DNA of 64,000 nt from Albugo candida (Eukaryota). The stretch lies in assembly GCA_040437565.1 (NCBI GenBank), contig JBDOQK010000016.1, positions 186,001-250,000 of the forward strand, written 5' to 3'. This document shows, in pieces, positions 47,078 to 60,842 of the stretch; position 1 is the stretch's first letter, and every line of letters begins with the position of its first letter. Below the pieces are notes generated by a model. The model was not told the origin of the DNA, ran no database searches, and saw only the letters and a list, made by a program, of their open reading frames with translations. A program made the position numbers and the translations under genes.

Positions 47078-49197
47078 ATGGCTTTGCTCCAATTGAAATC
47101 AGCTTTTCGCCATCCGTTAAACCTGAAAGATCGGTTGGCTCGTAAACCTTCAAGCCAGGTTATAGAGGTATGTGTATTGTATTGTAATGTGACAGCGTAC
47201 TGACACTCAGACAGGTCTCCGATGAAGAGACTAGCGGAGACGATAGCGGCATCGAAGCTCAAATCCATAATCCCGAGGACTCGGAAATCAAAGAATCGTT
47301 GAGTGTAGAACAACAAGTAAACCGTGTTACCTCTGAGGACAAGTCAGAGGACAAGTCAGAGCACAAGTCGCCGAGTTCGGAAAGTACTCAGAAAGAAGAC
47401 GAAGGAGGTGACTCAAAAAATACAAATTGGGGAAACACCTTGGGAGCGATGAAAGATCGAGCTTTTTCAGCCAAATCAAACATGAAAAGTAAAGCCTCAA
47501 AACAGTAAGTAAAAGCTTTTATCGGTCCCGGTCATTTATCAACATCTTTACATCGGTATAGATTGGGCAAGTATCAGCCTCAACTCACCCGTGTCAAGAC
47601 AAGCGCCTCCGCTGGTATTTTATGATATCAACACTCTTATCCCAATATTCAGTAGGGCTAACACCTTCTGTCATGTAGCGGCTACAAAAGGGCGAGAAGC
47701 GGCTAACATCGGCAGTCTTGGCTGGTCGAGATTCAAAAACAAGCTGGCGTCCACTGGACCTGTAGCCGAAGGTCTCAATATCATATCGAAGTACCAATCT
47801 CATGACAGCATCTACATTGAAAGTATATCGACACTAAAAGGATGTACACGAATGTACGGTTGTCGATTTCTGGACGCGTACAGACTCAACGCAAAAGTAA
47901 AGGAACAAAGCGACACAAATGAAACACCTTCCAACTATGCTACACAATGTATGTCCAATTGCTATATCTTGGGTAGCATCCTGTTATTTTGTGGGGAAGT
48001 TCAAACCTTGGCAAGAGTAAATCAGGTCAATCGTTCATGTCATCAATTTATCAGCTCGGAGAAAATACTGTGGCGATTTTGTGTTCGGTATGGAACACTT
48101 TCACAATCACTGCGCGCGCCGTTTTGGGAGCATGTGGCAGGGTAAGCTGGAATTTTGTATCACGCAGTCTACAAGAGAACCTAAACTTCTATTCAACAAT
48201 AGAGTCAACGCAACTCGTGCAAAATCAGACGTTGATTTCATAACATATGTGGAGATGGCGAAATCAAAAGGCGACTGCTCTGATTTAATCGAAACTGATG
48301 TGCAACGCGCATACGGAAGTGTTGTTCCTCACAGACGTATACAGAAGGATGAAAATGAAGAAAATATTGCCGTTGAAACAGTTGATGGAATTTTACTCGG
48401 CCAATTGAGCTCAATTTTACATGCTCTTTCGAGTCGGTTTCCCGATGTTGGGTACTGTCAAGGAATGGATTATATCGCGGTCCATATACTGGATTACACG
48501 AAAAAGCATACTTCAGTAGATTCAGACGATACCGTAGACTCAAGTAAAGTCAGCTCTTCTTGTCGCACTGCAGCCACTTCAGAAGAAGTAGAACGCGCTT
48601 TCTGGTTACTCGTCTGTTTGTTCGAGCAATACGGTCTTCGACAGCTTTTCTTACCTGGACTCCAAAATTTACAATCTCAATGCTTCCAACTGAAAAGGAT
48701 AATAGAATTGACAATGCCATCGTTGGCAGAGCACTTCGAGAAGAACAAAGTCATCACCGAAATGTACATGGTGGGATGGTCTCAGACATTATTCCTGTAT
48801 TTGACCGTTCTTCCTCGTCAGAGTTTAGATAGGATTTGGGATATATTCGTATGGGAAAAGAACCCCAAAATAATTTTGCGAGCTTCGTTGGCTTTGTTGC
48901 AAATCGCAGAACCATACATTCGCGACCAGGAAACGGATGAAATCATGCAGTTTCTGAGCGGTTTCAATGGGCAATCTGAGGTTTGTTGTATATTGCCCTC
49001 TGGCCCTGTATTGTCATTGTTGTAACCTATGATCATTTTAGGAGCTACTCAAAGAGAAAGACTTATTGGAAAAAGCACTGGCGGTCAAAATCACCACTCC
49101 TGTCTTGTCCAAATTACAGCGTCAGTGGCTGAAACAAAAGCGGATTTTAGATCACAAAAAAAGCTTCCATTTCCTTTCACCTAAACAAGCCAAGTAA
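47078..49197 (+). CDS. TBC/Rab-GAP domain protein with an F-box-like motif upstream of the TBC domain, multi-exon
   Basis: LRAPFW; Arg finger IETDVQR; Gln finger GYCQGMDYI; AFWLL; W.QTLF; RIWDIF..E. Upstream ILGSILLFCGEVQTLARVNQVNRSCHQFISSEKILW resembles an F-box. 5' exons inferred by eye. Confidence 0.85.
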
Positions 49198-49726
49198 GCA
49201 TGGGCAGTCGGATCTTCTCGAAAGCTTTTTAATCAAGTTGCTTGGTACTGAAAGAGTCAAATATGTGCTACTAACGGAATTGTATGAAGCATCCTTGACT
49301 AGTTGGTTGTAGACAAAGCCTTTTGTAATATACCATGAGTGGAGCTTACTTAAGCTTTGTATCGTATAAATACTGTGGTATGGCCTAGCTGTATGCCTTA
49401 TCATGCGAAATTACAACTCTGTAGCGGTACGGAATCCTTCGGTGCCTGCATGTGAGGTATTGCCAAGCGCTCTTGCTTGACTTTGTTTTTGACATCGTGC
49501 CAGAGCGCTACATATTTAAATTTGAACAACTTCCCCCATTTCTATCAGATTTACATGAGCCTGGCGTTTGCGCTTAGTCGATGCCTCTAATCCAGCGGTA
49601 TGGAGTGGCATCAACTGGAGAGGCGAATGCGATCATAGGGAATTCTTCTATTGACCTTACAAATTTCTTGCGGTACGTGTCAGCTTACTTATCAACGCAC
49701 TATGCAACATTGCAAAGAATATACAT

Positions 49727-51272
49727 TCAATCAGTATCGATTTCGCGTATCGTCAAAAGACCAAACATATCACGCAACATTTCAAGAACACCATTTAGTA
49801 CATAGTTCAATTGATGCGGAGGAAGAAATTCATCTTGTGTCGATTTTGCTATGGTAATCAATTGAGGTCGAGCCAACGAAGCTTCTGTAAAGAGTTTCTT
49901 TAGATCTTGTATCAAGTAGTCGATCTCAAGAATGGAAGCTTCATAGTGCGGCTGATCGAGACAAGGCCCGCCATTCCAGACCATATCTCGTGTCTTCTGA
50001 TCACATCGCAATAAAAACCGATAAAAGCTCTCTAGAAGTTCTTCTGATTCTTCGCAGTAGAATGGATTTAAAGCCTGAACTTTGCCGTAAAGTATCTCTT
50101 TTGAATAACCTGTATGCTCTTTGCCGGGGGGCAATGTGCAGGCTTCCTCAACGGCCTTCATAGCTAGCTCAAACCTTACCTGTCCTTCCATTCTTGATTC
50201 TGGGGCGACTTCTTTATCATGTTCTTTGTACTTGATGTTTTTATGGAATATGCTGTACAGCATTCTAGTAGAATTAACACCGCACACTTTAACCAACTCT
50301 GTATCAGAACGAAATTCAGAATCGCACGCGGATAGTTGAGTTTCTTCCTACCCGAATAAAATGGATTCCACGTCGAGAAGTAATCCAAATCGATATCTAA
50401 AATGTATCCATTTTCCGATGAGTCGATCACCTGTCTCAATGCCTCGCGTGTGCAGCACTCAGTCTCCGACATAGCTGTAGTAAGATTGAAAAGCATGTCG
50501 ACTTCTTGGATTCTTGGTAATCTCTCGAAGGCAGTGGCTTTACGGACATGTAAATCGACATACCTATAGCTCCACATGAGCGTGTAATGAGCGTATTGAA
50601 GACGAAAAACATTACTTTATTGTCTTTGGCATCAATTCAGATTCTCTGGCAAACAATTTCTCATCTTGTAAATGCTTTTGCACTGAGGTGACTCCAAGTC
50701 GCTCTACTTGTCCGGTATCAGAACGAAGGTGACCAAGTAGATAGATTTGACTATACCCGTTTGAGAATGCCTTCCGACTGCAACGTGAAATTCCGTCATT
50801 TGGTCCATCTAAAAGAGAAATTCATTCGCCTTGCAAATACCATAAGTCTATTCGCTTACTTGATTTGACCAAGGTGACTGAATCCATAAGAATCGACTTA
50901 CATGACCTGCATAAATCAGAGGCCATATAAATTCGGCTATTCCTAATCACCCCATCAGTCAGAATCACATAACGTATACGACGACTGATAACCAGAGATA
51001 GAAGAATCTAATGCCTCATATAGCTCGTCAGGTCGGTAGATAATACGACTCGGATCTTTATCTCGAATAAATGATAGATCAGGATGAGCGTCAATGTGCA
51101 CGAATCCGAGTTTATCAAATGATAAACGATGTTGCCGAATCGCCTTTGAGCATTCATAGAGTGAATAACATCCGAGCTCATAAAGCGAATAGAAGGGAGG
51201 CACCAGATGAATTTCAGGCAGTATATGGTGATGGTCATCCACAATGATAACTACACAAGCTGACGAGACCAT
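49727..51272 (-). CDS. UPF0489 / C5orf22 family protein, multi-exon
   Basis: [49 protein letters not shown]-terminal ITIAKS..DEFLP. Confidence 0.85.
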
Positions 51273-51999
51273 GGAGACCGAGAAACGTGCAATAAAGCCC
51301 CTCTTGGCTGCAAAAATTCCTCAAATTCTATAAACGGTAATATTTTCGGCAAAGTTTCTTCCCTGTTATTGGTGGATGCTTGAAATGCATGGCTTCTACA
51401 AGTTGATTTGACAAACAATGACTCAATCTTAAGCGAGCTTAATTATAGGGAAGCACTGCGACACATTGCTCCATGTAGTTGCAATGCGAAGTATATATAA
51501 AAGGTTCTCAAGTGCATTGTTTATTGAGTAGACTAATAGACGTGATCTCATGTCAACTGCTTACACTACCAAGCTCCCCGCGCCCTGACGTATATTCTGT
51601 CTATAGTAATCACTTTCTTGAGATATACAGACATCCGATGAGAAATGTTAAAACTCACACCCTTAGCCAGGAAAGCTTGCAGTGTCACTTTCAATTAGAT
51701 CTTCGCTTCGTAATTTATACTTTTGTTCATCCACCTTACATTATAAATTCCGCTCCTAATTCCGAACGTCATTATACACCATCCGTTAGATAGCACAACA
51801 AACGCCCAATCTCATCATGAACCACACAGCAAGACCTATTTGCGTAGACTATGCATGTAAAGCTACAGCTGCTTTTTTCGTCCGTGAACGACAAGCACAG
51901 TCGTTCAGAGATTATCGTGCTCGTCCTTATTTGAGGTGGTTGAGGCCACACTAGGACACAAGCAGTGGTCATCCTCGAAGATTAGAACGTGAATATACG

Positions 52000-54218
52000 A
52001 TGAAGAGAAGCATTATAAAAAATCGCGCTCCCGCACCGATTCAAATTACTGCTGAACAGATCCTCAGGGAAGCACAAGATCGAAAGGAGAATGTTTCGAG
52101 AGCACCACGCAGAAATATCGCTGATAAAGACGAGCTCATCGAGTATCGTATGACCCAAAGAAAGCAATTCGAAGATACACTTCGTCGACAACGACAGCAC
52201 ATTGGAACCTGGATCAAATATGCAAACTGGGAAGAACAGCAACACGAGTTTGAGAGAGCTCGATCCATCTTTGAGCGAGCGTTAGATGTTGATTACCGAA
52301 ATTCGAGCATTTGGCTCAAATATGCCGAGATGGAGATGAGGTATCAGTTTATCAATCATGCACGTAATGTTTGGGATCGAGCTGTTACATTGCTTCCAAG
52401 AGTGGCTCAATTCTGGTACAAATACGCTTTCATGGAAGAGATGGTCGGAAATCTACCGGCTGCTCGTCGTATATTTGAGCGCTGGATGGAATGGCAACCT
52501 GAAGATCAGGCATGGTACTCTTATATCAAATTTGAGATGCGTGCAGAAGAGATTCCACGTGCCCGTGCACTGTATGAACGATATATATCATCTCACAAAA
52601 GTGAAAGAGCTTACCTAAAATTCGCAAACTGGGAGGAAAAGCAACAGCATCAAATTGTATTGGCCAGATGTATTTATGAACGAGCTATGGAAGAATTACG
52701 TCCCGATGAGCGAACGCAACTATTTTACACAGGATTTGCATCCTTCGAGGAGCGTTGTCAAGAGTTCGATCGTGCCAGAGCCATTTATCAATATGCATTA
52801 GATCAACTTGATCGAGAAGATGCAGAAAATCTTTACCATGCATTTATACAATTCGAGAAAAAGCATGGAGATAAGAAACGCATTGAAGATGTTGTAGTCG
52901 CAAAACGGCGCGTTCATTATGAAAAGCAAGTCACAGTCAATGAGTTTGATTACGATGCTTGGATAGACTACATGAAATTGGAAGAAACACAGGTCATTGA
53001 ATGTCATGACAATCAAAGAGAGGATAAGATTAATCGGGTCCGGGAAATATACGAACGTGCGATCGCCAATGTGCCACCAATGCAAGAGAAAAAGTATTGG
53101 CGACGGTATGTTTATTTGTGGATCAAATACGCCATTTTCGAAGAGTTGATTGTACGCAAAGTGAAATACGATAATCTGTCGTTCGAGACAGCGAACGATA
53201 GCGACGAAGATCGTGTAAAGCAGGTCTATACGACTTGCCTCGCCTTGATCCCTCATGACGTTTTCACATTCGCTAAAATATGGATCATGTATGCAAAATA
53301 TCTAGTCCGACTTCGTGATGTTCAAGGCGCACGCAAAGTTCTGGGGCAGAGTTTGGGAAAGTGTCCCAAGAAAAAGCTTTTCACCAGCTACATCGAATTG
53401 GAATTGATGATGGGCGAAATTGAACGATGTCGTACATTATACGAAAAGTTTTTACTTTTTGACGCTTCTGACTGTGAAACCTGGCAAAAGTTTGCCACGT
53501 TGGAACAACAAATGGGTGAGAGTGAACGTGCGAGAGGAATATACGAGCTAGCTATACAGCAACCGGTTCTCGATATGCCTGAAATGATATGGAAGGCTTA
53601 CATCGACTTCGAAATACTCAATCAAGAGATTGAGAAGGCACGACTGTTATATGAACGGCTATTGGAAAGAACAAAACATGTCAAAGTTTGGATCAGTTTT
53701 GCTCAATTTGAGTTCTCACAAAGCAAAATGGTAAGTACTGACCTCAATGCAAGTCCATCTACAAGTCTTGGAGCAGCTAGGGAGGTTTTTGAGAGAGCTA
53801 TTCGGCATCTCAAAGAGCAGCAGCAATTATGTTTGGAAGAAGAAGCAAACGTGTCTAATTCCTTATCGTATGAGAAGAAAGCCGAACGAGCGCTTTGCCT
53901 CGAAACCTGGTTAGAAATGGAGCAGACTGTATCAACAAAAGATGTCACGCAGATCCAAAAATTGATTAAGATGCAGCCTCAAAAGGTGACCAAACAAAGA
54001 ATGGCATACGCGGAGGATGGGGTGCGTTATAGCAGAATGTGCTTTGTATCTATTCTAATGCTTCTTCATTTGCATAGACCGAATTGGGCTTGGAAGATTA
54101 TACGGATTACGTATTCGCGGACGACGAAAAAGCACAAAATCATATGAAACTCCTCCTTGCAGCGCAAAAGTGGAAGAAAACAAAGCTTGCGGAGAGTGAT
54201 GATCAGCAGGATACTTAG
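52000..54218 (+). CDS. CRNKL1: Crooked-neck pre-mRNA splicing factor (CRNKL1/CLF1/SYF3), HAT repeats
   Basis: [61 protein letters not shown]. Intron 54022-54077; last exon DYVFADDE...[10 protein letters not shown]. Confidence 0.97.
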
Positions 54219-54585
54219 GTGGTAGAAAATTATGCAATTGTATTCACTCGCATAATATTGCGCTGTCTAAGTTATAAAGATTTGTCAATCGGCAGATGAA
54301 GCAAAATGATCACGGGATTTATTTATCCTTTCAGCAATGACTTTTTTGGCCAAGTTCGGCTGGTCGTTTTTTTGGTTTGCCGACTTCCNNNNNNNNNNNN
54401 NNNNNNNNNNNNNNNNNNNNNNNNNNNNNNNNNNNNNNNNNNNNNNNNNNNNNNNNNNNNNNNNNNNNNNNNNNNNNNNNNNNNNNNNACTTCCTACAAT
54501 GGAGCATGAATATGTAAATTATTAATAGAGAGGGACTACTTCAGATGAATAATAAAACCACCGCCAAAATCCGTCGATTTTCACA

Positions 54586-56729
54586 ATGAAAAGCTCCTGC
54601 AATAGAGCGAAGCGTGCTCATCGCTTTCGCCTTCTCTTGCAGGATGATGTCATAATCATACAACGAGCCAGCTTTTCGGAATGTCTGGCAATTCCTCGGG
54701 CAGCTATATCGTCGGTGGAAGGTTCCTCGTCGACTGCAGATGAGCCTATTCGTTCGTCGTTGAATATCGCGGTAGAGGATATCAAGACCTTCTCACCTCT
54801 GCATGGCCGTATTCTTGGTTTCGATGCTATATACGGAATTTTTTGGCTGCTGCGCGGACCTTATTTAGCGCTGGTTTCCGAATCTAAAGTCATCTCGAAC
54901 AATGAGATCCACAAGGAGATTCGTCAAGTGATGAAGCTGGAGTTACTGCTCATTGCCGCATATCAAAATGAAGCTCCACTTACTCCTGAAAAAGAACTTG
55001 ATGAGTCACGTTATCTCGAAATGTTGACGACTAATATCGATAAACTACAATTGCATTTTTCATTTGAATCGGACCTCACTCACTCCTTACAGCGTACGTT
55101 GATTATCGGGACAACATGAAACATGACAGAATGTTAAATTCCTTGCAGGAATTTCTGAGCTTATGCCGCCTACGTCTCCTGTCTCGCAAGATGACAACTA
55201 TGCAGCTATCGCGGAACGAGCCGACCGTCGGTTTTGCTGGAATTACGTTCATTGTGCTCCTTTCTTTGGTACAGATGCATCGTTTGAACTCTATATTTTA
55301 TCTGAGTGGGCTATCTCTTTGTTTTGGTGCAGAAAGAAAACTCTACAAGTGGATAACACCAATGATGCAAGGATTCATTGAAGTTACAGAGTCTATACGT
55401 GTGAATGGTACAACCTTTAAAATGATATTCATTTCTCGACGATCCTGTCGCCGTCCAGGGACTCGTTTCACGATGCGAGGAATCGATGGGGAGGGGAATG
55501 TGGCAAATTTTGTTGAGACGGAACAGATTTGCATCTTCCAAGATGGTCGTCGGACCTCGTTTTTGCAAATTCGTGGATCGCTTCCATTCCACTGGTCTTC
55601 ACCAGTGAATATGAAATACGTTCCTCCAGTGTATCAACGCAATAAAATTGAAAAAGATGTGGAGGCATTTCGAAAACACGCATATGAACTTATGCAGCTG
55701 TACGGCCGGGTCATTCTGATTAATCTGATCGATAAAAGGCGGCATGAGCTACAACTGGGTAATACTCTGACTAAAGTGATTGGCGCCGCAGCGAATCAAG
55801 ACTCTCATATTCTCGCAAATATTCGACTCGTCTGGTTTGACTTTCATCAAGAATGCCGTAAAATGCGATATCAGAATCTTGTGAGACTCATACAACTTGT
55901 CGATGATGATTTTCGCAATTATGGGTACGTAAAGTCCACTTGAAAGCTCTTACAGCGTTTTATGAGATGTCTGCTCTAGATTTTTTTGTCGAGATGCTGA
56001 CGGTACGGTTGCACAGACGCAGTCTGGAGTGGTCCGTACAAACTGCATGGATAACTTGGATCGAACGAACGTTGTTCAGGTACCTCATCTCTACCATTTT
56101 ATTGTCACTATGCATTCAAGAACCATGCTTCTTGCTAGTCGCTTTTTGGCCGTCGAAGTCTTCTGATACAACTGAATGAGATGGATGCATTACAAGGCGA
56201 TGTCCTCAATACAGTATTTTATGATTTTGAGAATGTTTTCAAACATGTGTGGGGTAATCATGCAGACGCAATCAGCCGAATGTATGCGGGGACAGGTGCT
56301 CTCAAGACAGATTTTACTCGCACGGGGAGACGGACAAAGCTTGGTGTCTTTATGGATGCGTATAACTCTTTTCTGCGATACATACTGAACAATTTTATGG
56401 ATGGTTATCGTCAGGATGTACTGGACTTGCTTTTGGGGAAGTATGTGGTCTCCAGGCACGCGCCATCACCGTTTACTTCATCACAAGAAACAGTTGAATC
56501 AGTTTTGAAAAAAGTTCTAGGCCTGACAGGAGTAATGCTCGGTTACGAAATAATGACTAGCTCAGCAGCCTTGTTTGAACATCTCGGAAGAGCTATAATG
56601 TGGACCGCACTCATCTGCTTCATCTATCTGTTTATTTTGATGAAAAAAGGTCACACGTATGGGGAGCGCTTAGTTCGCTTGCCACGATTCCGTCCAAGGG
56701 ATGGGTGTACGACTCAATGGAAGGATTAG
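54586..56729 (+). CDS. SAC1: SAC1-family phosphoinositide phosphatase with two C-terminal TM segments, multi-exon
   Basis: ISRRSCRRPGTRF, GNVANFVETEQ, QIRGSLPFHW, FDFHQEC, catalytic CX5R in RTNCMDNLDRTNVVQ, and YAGTGALKTDFTRTG. Confidence 0.95.
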
Positions 56730-56848
56730 TACCTCGTGTAATTTCATAAGAAAATAATAAATTAGTTATACAGCTTCAAAATTGAAGGAAAGAAATGAAC
56801 GAAGCTTGTGATAAACTGCTCGTATCTCTCTATCCCAAATACTCTGTA

Positions 56849-57858
56849 TCATAAACTCTTGAGCATAAAGTTTGGATCCCGATGGTACTTTGCTTCAAAA
56901 CGCTCCATCCATCGATCAAAAAGATTAGTTGGTATAATCATTTGCGATTGGTTGGTGCCGTTGGAAAAGGAAGTCATATAATTGAATAAATCCATGGCTA
57001 TTTTGAGTGCAAACGTCTTGCGCTCTTCATATCCACTGGTCTCGATCCCAAGATTCTTTACACTGTCAAGTGACTCAATAGATATGCCAAGCTGTAGCAA
57101 CGGCTGACCTTCGATGTCCGGTTGTGTAGTCCACCCTGTACGAAGAATTGCACTCGGTTTCTCTTGGAAGACCGTTCCAAGAAGTTGCCAGTTTTGTAAC
57201 GCAGGGACTGCGTAATAAAGAACCGCTATGATCGTGACATTTTCTTAAGATTATGTATCTCATATGTCCGAGCAGAACGTACCCCCAAATCCAGGCGGAA
57301 CTGGTGAATTTGGAAGCAAAAAGAAGGCAACGTCAGTAACCTGTCCAGGATCTGGAATCTCAGTAACATAGCGAGCTGGTCCAATCTCTCTGCACGAATA
57401 GGATCATGAGAAATTTTACGAAATTGTTTCGACACTAATACATGCCTGAAAGCGGTAAGAANNNNNNNNNNNNNNNNNNNNNNNNNNNNNNNNNNNNNNN
57501 NNNNNNNNNNNNNNNNNNNNNNNNNNNNNNNNNNNNNNNNNNNNNNNNNNNNNNNNNNNNNCTGCGTAATAAAGAACCGCTATGATCGTGACATTTTCTT
57601 AAGATTATGTATCTCATATGTCCGAGCAGAACGTACCCCCAAATCCAGGCGGAACTGGTGAATTTGGAAGCAAAAAGAAGGCAACGTCAGTAACCTGTCC
57701 AGGATCTGGAATCTCAGTAACATAGCGAGCTGGTCCAATCTCTCTGCACGAATAGGATCATGAGAAATTTTACGAAATTGTTTCGACACTAATACATGCC
57801 TGAAAGCGGTAAGAATTGGGCGACCAGCAATGACCAAACCGAATTCTCCAATATTCAT
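56849..57858 (-). CDS. HIKESHI: Hikeshi / OPI10 (DUF775) Hsp70 nuclear import carrier, multi-exon
   Basis: FGLVIAGRP, FFLLPNSPVPPGFG, WQLLG...KPSAI, LGISIE, FALKIA..LFNYM.SF, FDRW..RFEAK...DPNF. Artefactual duplication at gap 57462-57561. Confidence 0.9.
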
Positions 57859-58201
57859 TTCTTTTTTACCTCAAAATGCAAGGGAAAACGTATTAACACT
57901 ATTTATTCGAGTAATTCACCGAAATTTTATTATTTACACAAAGTTGATACAGCTCTATGCACTCGATCACTTTGATCTTTTGACCGACACAATACAGGAC
58001 TGAATCCCTTGAGCAAAGACTAAATGCTAATTTCCTACCCTCATACACGCCGATGTCGTATTGCTTTCTTCTTCTGCAAGTTGTTGACACGTCGTTTCTG
58101 ATCCAGGCTTACGTCAGCAACTCGAAATGAGGCAGATCGAACGTCTGCTGAGTGCTCTTCTAGGACTTCCTTTATCATTTCAGCACTCCACTCGACCTAC
58201 T

Positions 58202-60626
58202 TCATTTATTAGGACTATTTGACAAAGCAAACAGTGCTCCTCGAGAGGAACTGGAGGAGCTTTTCTGGATTGTGGGGGTTGAGATCAATTCGGATTGAAA
58301 ATTTGCTGGCGGTGAATAAACACTCGTAAAGCTTCCAGAATTTTGTTTCCCTGTATCTGATCGGGTCGGGATCTCAAGATTAAGAGACTGCTGTGAGCAC
58401 ATTTGAGCTGAAGGCAATAGGTGCTCATCCAATGCTGCGAATAAACGAAGGGATGAGTGTCAAATCAAAAGAGAAATTGTTGCGAGGAGAATGCGTACCG
58501 CTAGTAACGGGATGCTGAGTTTGGTCTTGATTGATTGCACGCAACTCCCGCGCCAACGCAATTTGTTTCAAGTGTATGTAAGCAAGCACTCCGAATGAGA
58601 TAAGTAGTACGACGAGGCATATTATCACAATATACATCCACCATTGCCAAAAGAAGCATTTGTTACTTCGGAATGGCCAATAGCTAGAGATGAGATTTGA
58701 TTTTTTATCTGACGGACTCAAGCAATCGCACATGCTTTTAGAGGCAGCCTTAGACCTATCCAAAAAGCCATTGCGTAATACTTTTTTTGATTTCACTCCA
58801 TTCGGACAATTATCTGCGATTGCGAAGCCTACTCTCTTCGTTGTTCGGTCGTGAACAGTCAATAATCCATCCATAAAAACGTCTCCCAGAAGCGTTATTG
58901 ACCCTTCTGAGATACCAAATACTCGGCATGACATTACACCGCCTAAATCGGTCGACACTAAGACTGGACGCCATATATACTCTGGTGGTATCGTCACAGT
59001 GATTGTATCCGTGACTTTCGAGTCCACATTCTCTGTAATGGCCAAAGAGAAGGAAATTGAAGGAAACTTCGATAAGATAGAAGTAGGATTCGATGGATCA
59101 CACATCCGCGAGCAGCAGGTCCAATCGTCACTGAAGAACGAATCACTTACGTTTCCTTGTGTCACCGTACGTATTGTGGTCTTCAAAGCGGCAATCACCG
59201 CAGTGTAAACAGAAGAGGGCAATGCTATATTACTCGAGCCACTATCAACGATAGACTACAATTTCACAAATTGTTTGTTAGTCTTTTCGAGTAGTAATAA
59301 TCACGAAACGCACTCGAGGATTGTTGATCTGTGCACACTCAATGCCCAAACTCGTATTGTTGACTCCGATATCCAGTACAATCACATTGTACCACCTCTC
59401 CTGTATTAGCGGCGTATACATAATTTCACCTGTATGATATTTTGTTCCGTTGGGTGAAGAAATGCCTCCCAACAAAACTTCTCCTGCATGTAAATTGATG
59501 GAAGTCCTGTTTGGCAAATCATAAAGTGGCTGCAAGGCGCCGCACATGAGTAAACTGAATATATCGGGAATCTTCCGTGCTTTCTTTACTGTCTCAAAGT
59601 ACGGCTCTGGCGCATTATCAACAGGGGCTGCAATGGACGGGTATGCCAAACCAACAATTCCATCGTAACCCGCCTGCACGAAGTTCGATTGTTCTATTAT
59701 CTCTGCAAATGGAAAGTTGTCGATTCGACCCAATCCACGGCCAGAGAATGTATCTTTCACTACTTTTCCAGACCAGGTTCCAGTTATATAGGAGACACTA
59801 AGTGTCTTCGAGGTGGCTTGGCACGTGGGCGAGATGCTACAATCATACGTGATGTCGGTCAAGTCTGCACAGCAAGTTGATGATACAGCAGCTGTGTTGG
59901 AAGACCCCGTATCAACTAATAAATTGAACTCATTCTGCAAGTTGCGTTATTGTGACGAATTATATAAGAAGTAAGAGCTCTTCTCCCACCTTTTTTGATG
60001 AAGGAACGCTTTCAGAATATACCGGACTTCCAATGGAGATTTCTATATAATAGGCTTATTCGCAAGAGCGTGAGTATGCATTTGCCAGATGATTATGCGG
60101 ACGTNNNNNNNNNNNNNNNNNNNNNNNNNNNNNNNNNNNNNNNNNNNNNNNNNNNNNNNNNNNNNNNNNNNNNNNNNNNNNNNNNNNNNNNNNNNNNNNN
60201 NNNNCGAGGTGGCTTGGCACGTGGGCGAGATGCTACAATCATACGTGATGTCGGTCAAGTCTGCACAGCAAGTTGATGATACAGCAGCTGTGTTGGAAGA
60301 CCCCGTATCAACTAATAAATTGAACTCATTCTGCAAGTTGCGTTATTGTGACGAATTATATAAGAAGTAAGAGCTCTTCTCCCACCTTTTTTGATGAAGG
60401 AACGCTTTCAGAATATACCGGACTTCCAATGGAGATTTCTATATAATAGGCTTATTCGCAAGAGCGTGAGTATGCATTTGCCAGATGATTATGCGGACGT
60501 ACCAAGTCCAGTTGGAAGGCCGTATAGCGATTGCTGAATAACGGCCATTGCGATGTCCGTTGAGGAGTGAGCGATGGAGAAGTAGAGTGCGTAGAGGGAT
60601 ACGATTAAATCCCATATTCTGTACAT
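58202..60626 (-). CDS. Membrane-anchored A1 aspartic protease, BACE/memapsin-like, multi-exon
   Basis: Signal peptide MYRIWDLIVSLYALYFSIAHS; AYYIEISIGSP...LLVDTGSSN; GIVGLAYPSIA; FSLLMCG; YTPLIQERWY; second catalytic motif IVDSGSS; TM helix WWMYIVIICLVVLLISFGVLAYI; cytosolic tail exon to 58202. Confidence 0.92.
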
Positions 60627-60842
60627 ATTTCTGACAAAAGTCGCATTACAAAGCTGCTAATAAACGTCGTAGCCAATGCACACTCCCGCGAATATATTAT
60701 TGATTAGTCATTATGAGTAATGCAACTTATCAGCTTCTATTAAAATGAGAACAGTAACATGAATTGGAATCTCTGCCAAGGCGGAAATGAAATTTACCAT
60801 ACGAAAAAGTCTCAATATGAATTTTGAAAGTTGACTTCTCTA

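Noticed and set aside
52000-54218. Possible confusion of crooked neck (crn) with oomycete Crinkler (CRN) effectors
   Set aside because: This is a HAT-repeat splicing factor with no LxLFLAK motif or signal peptide.
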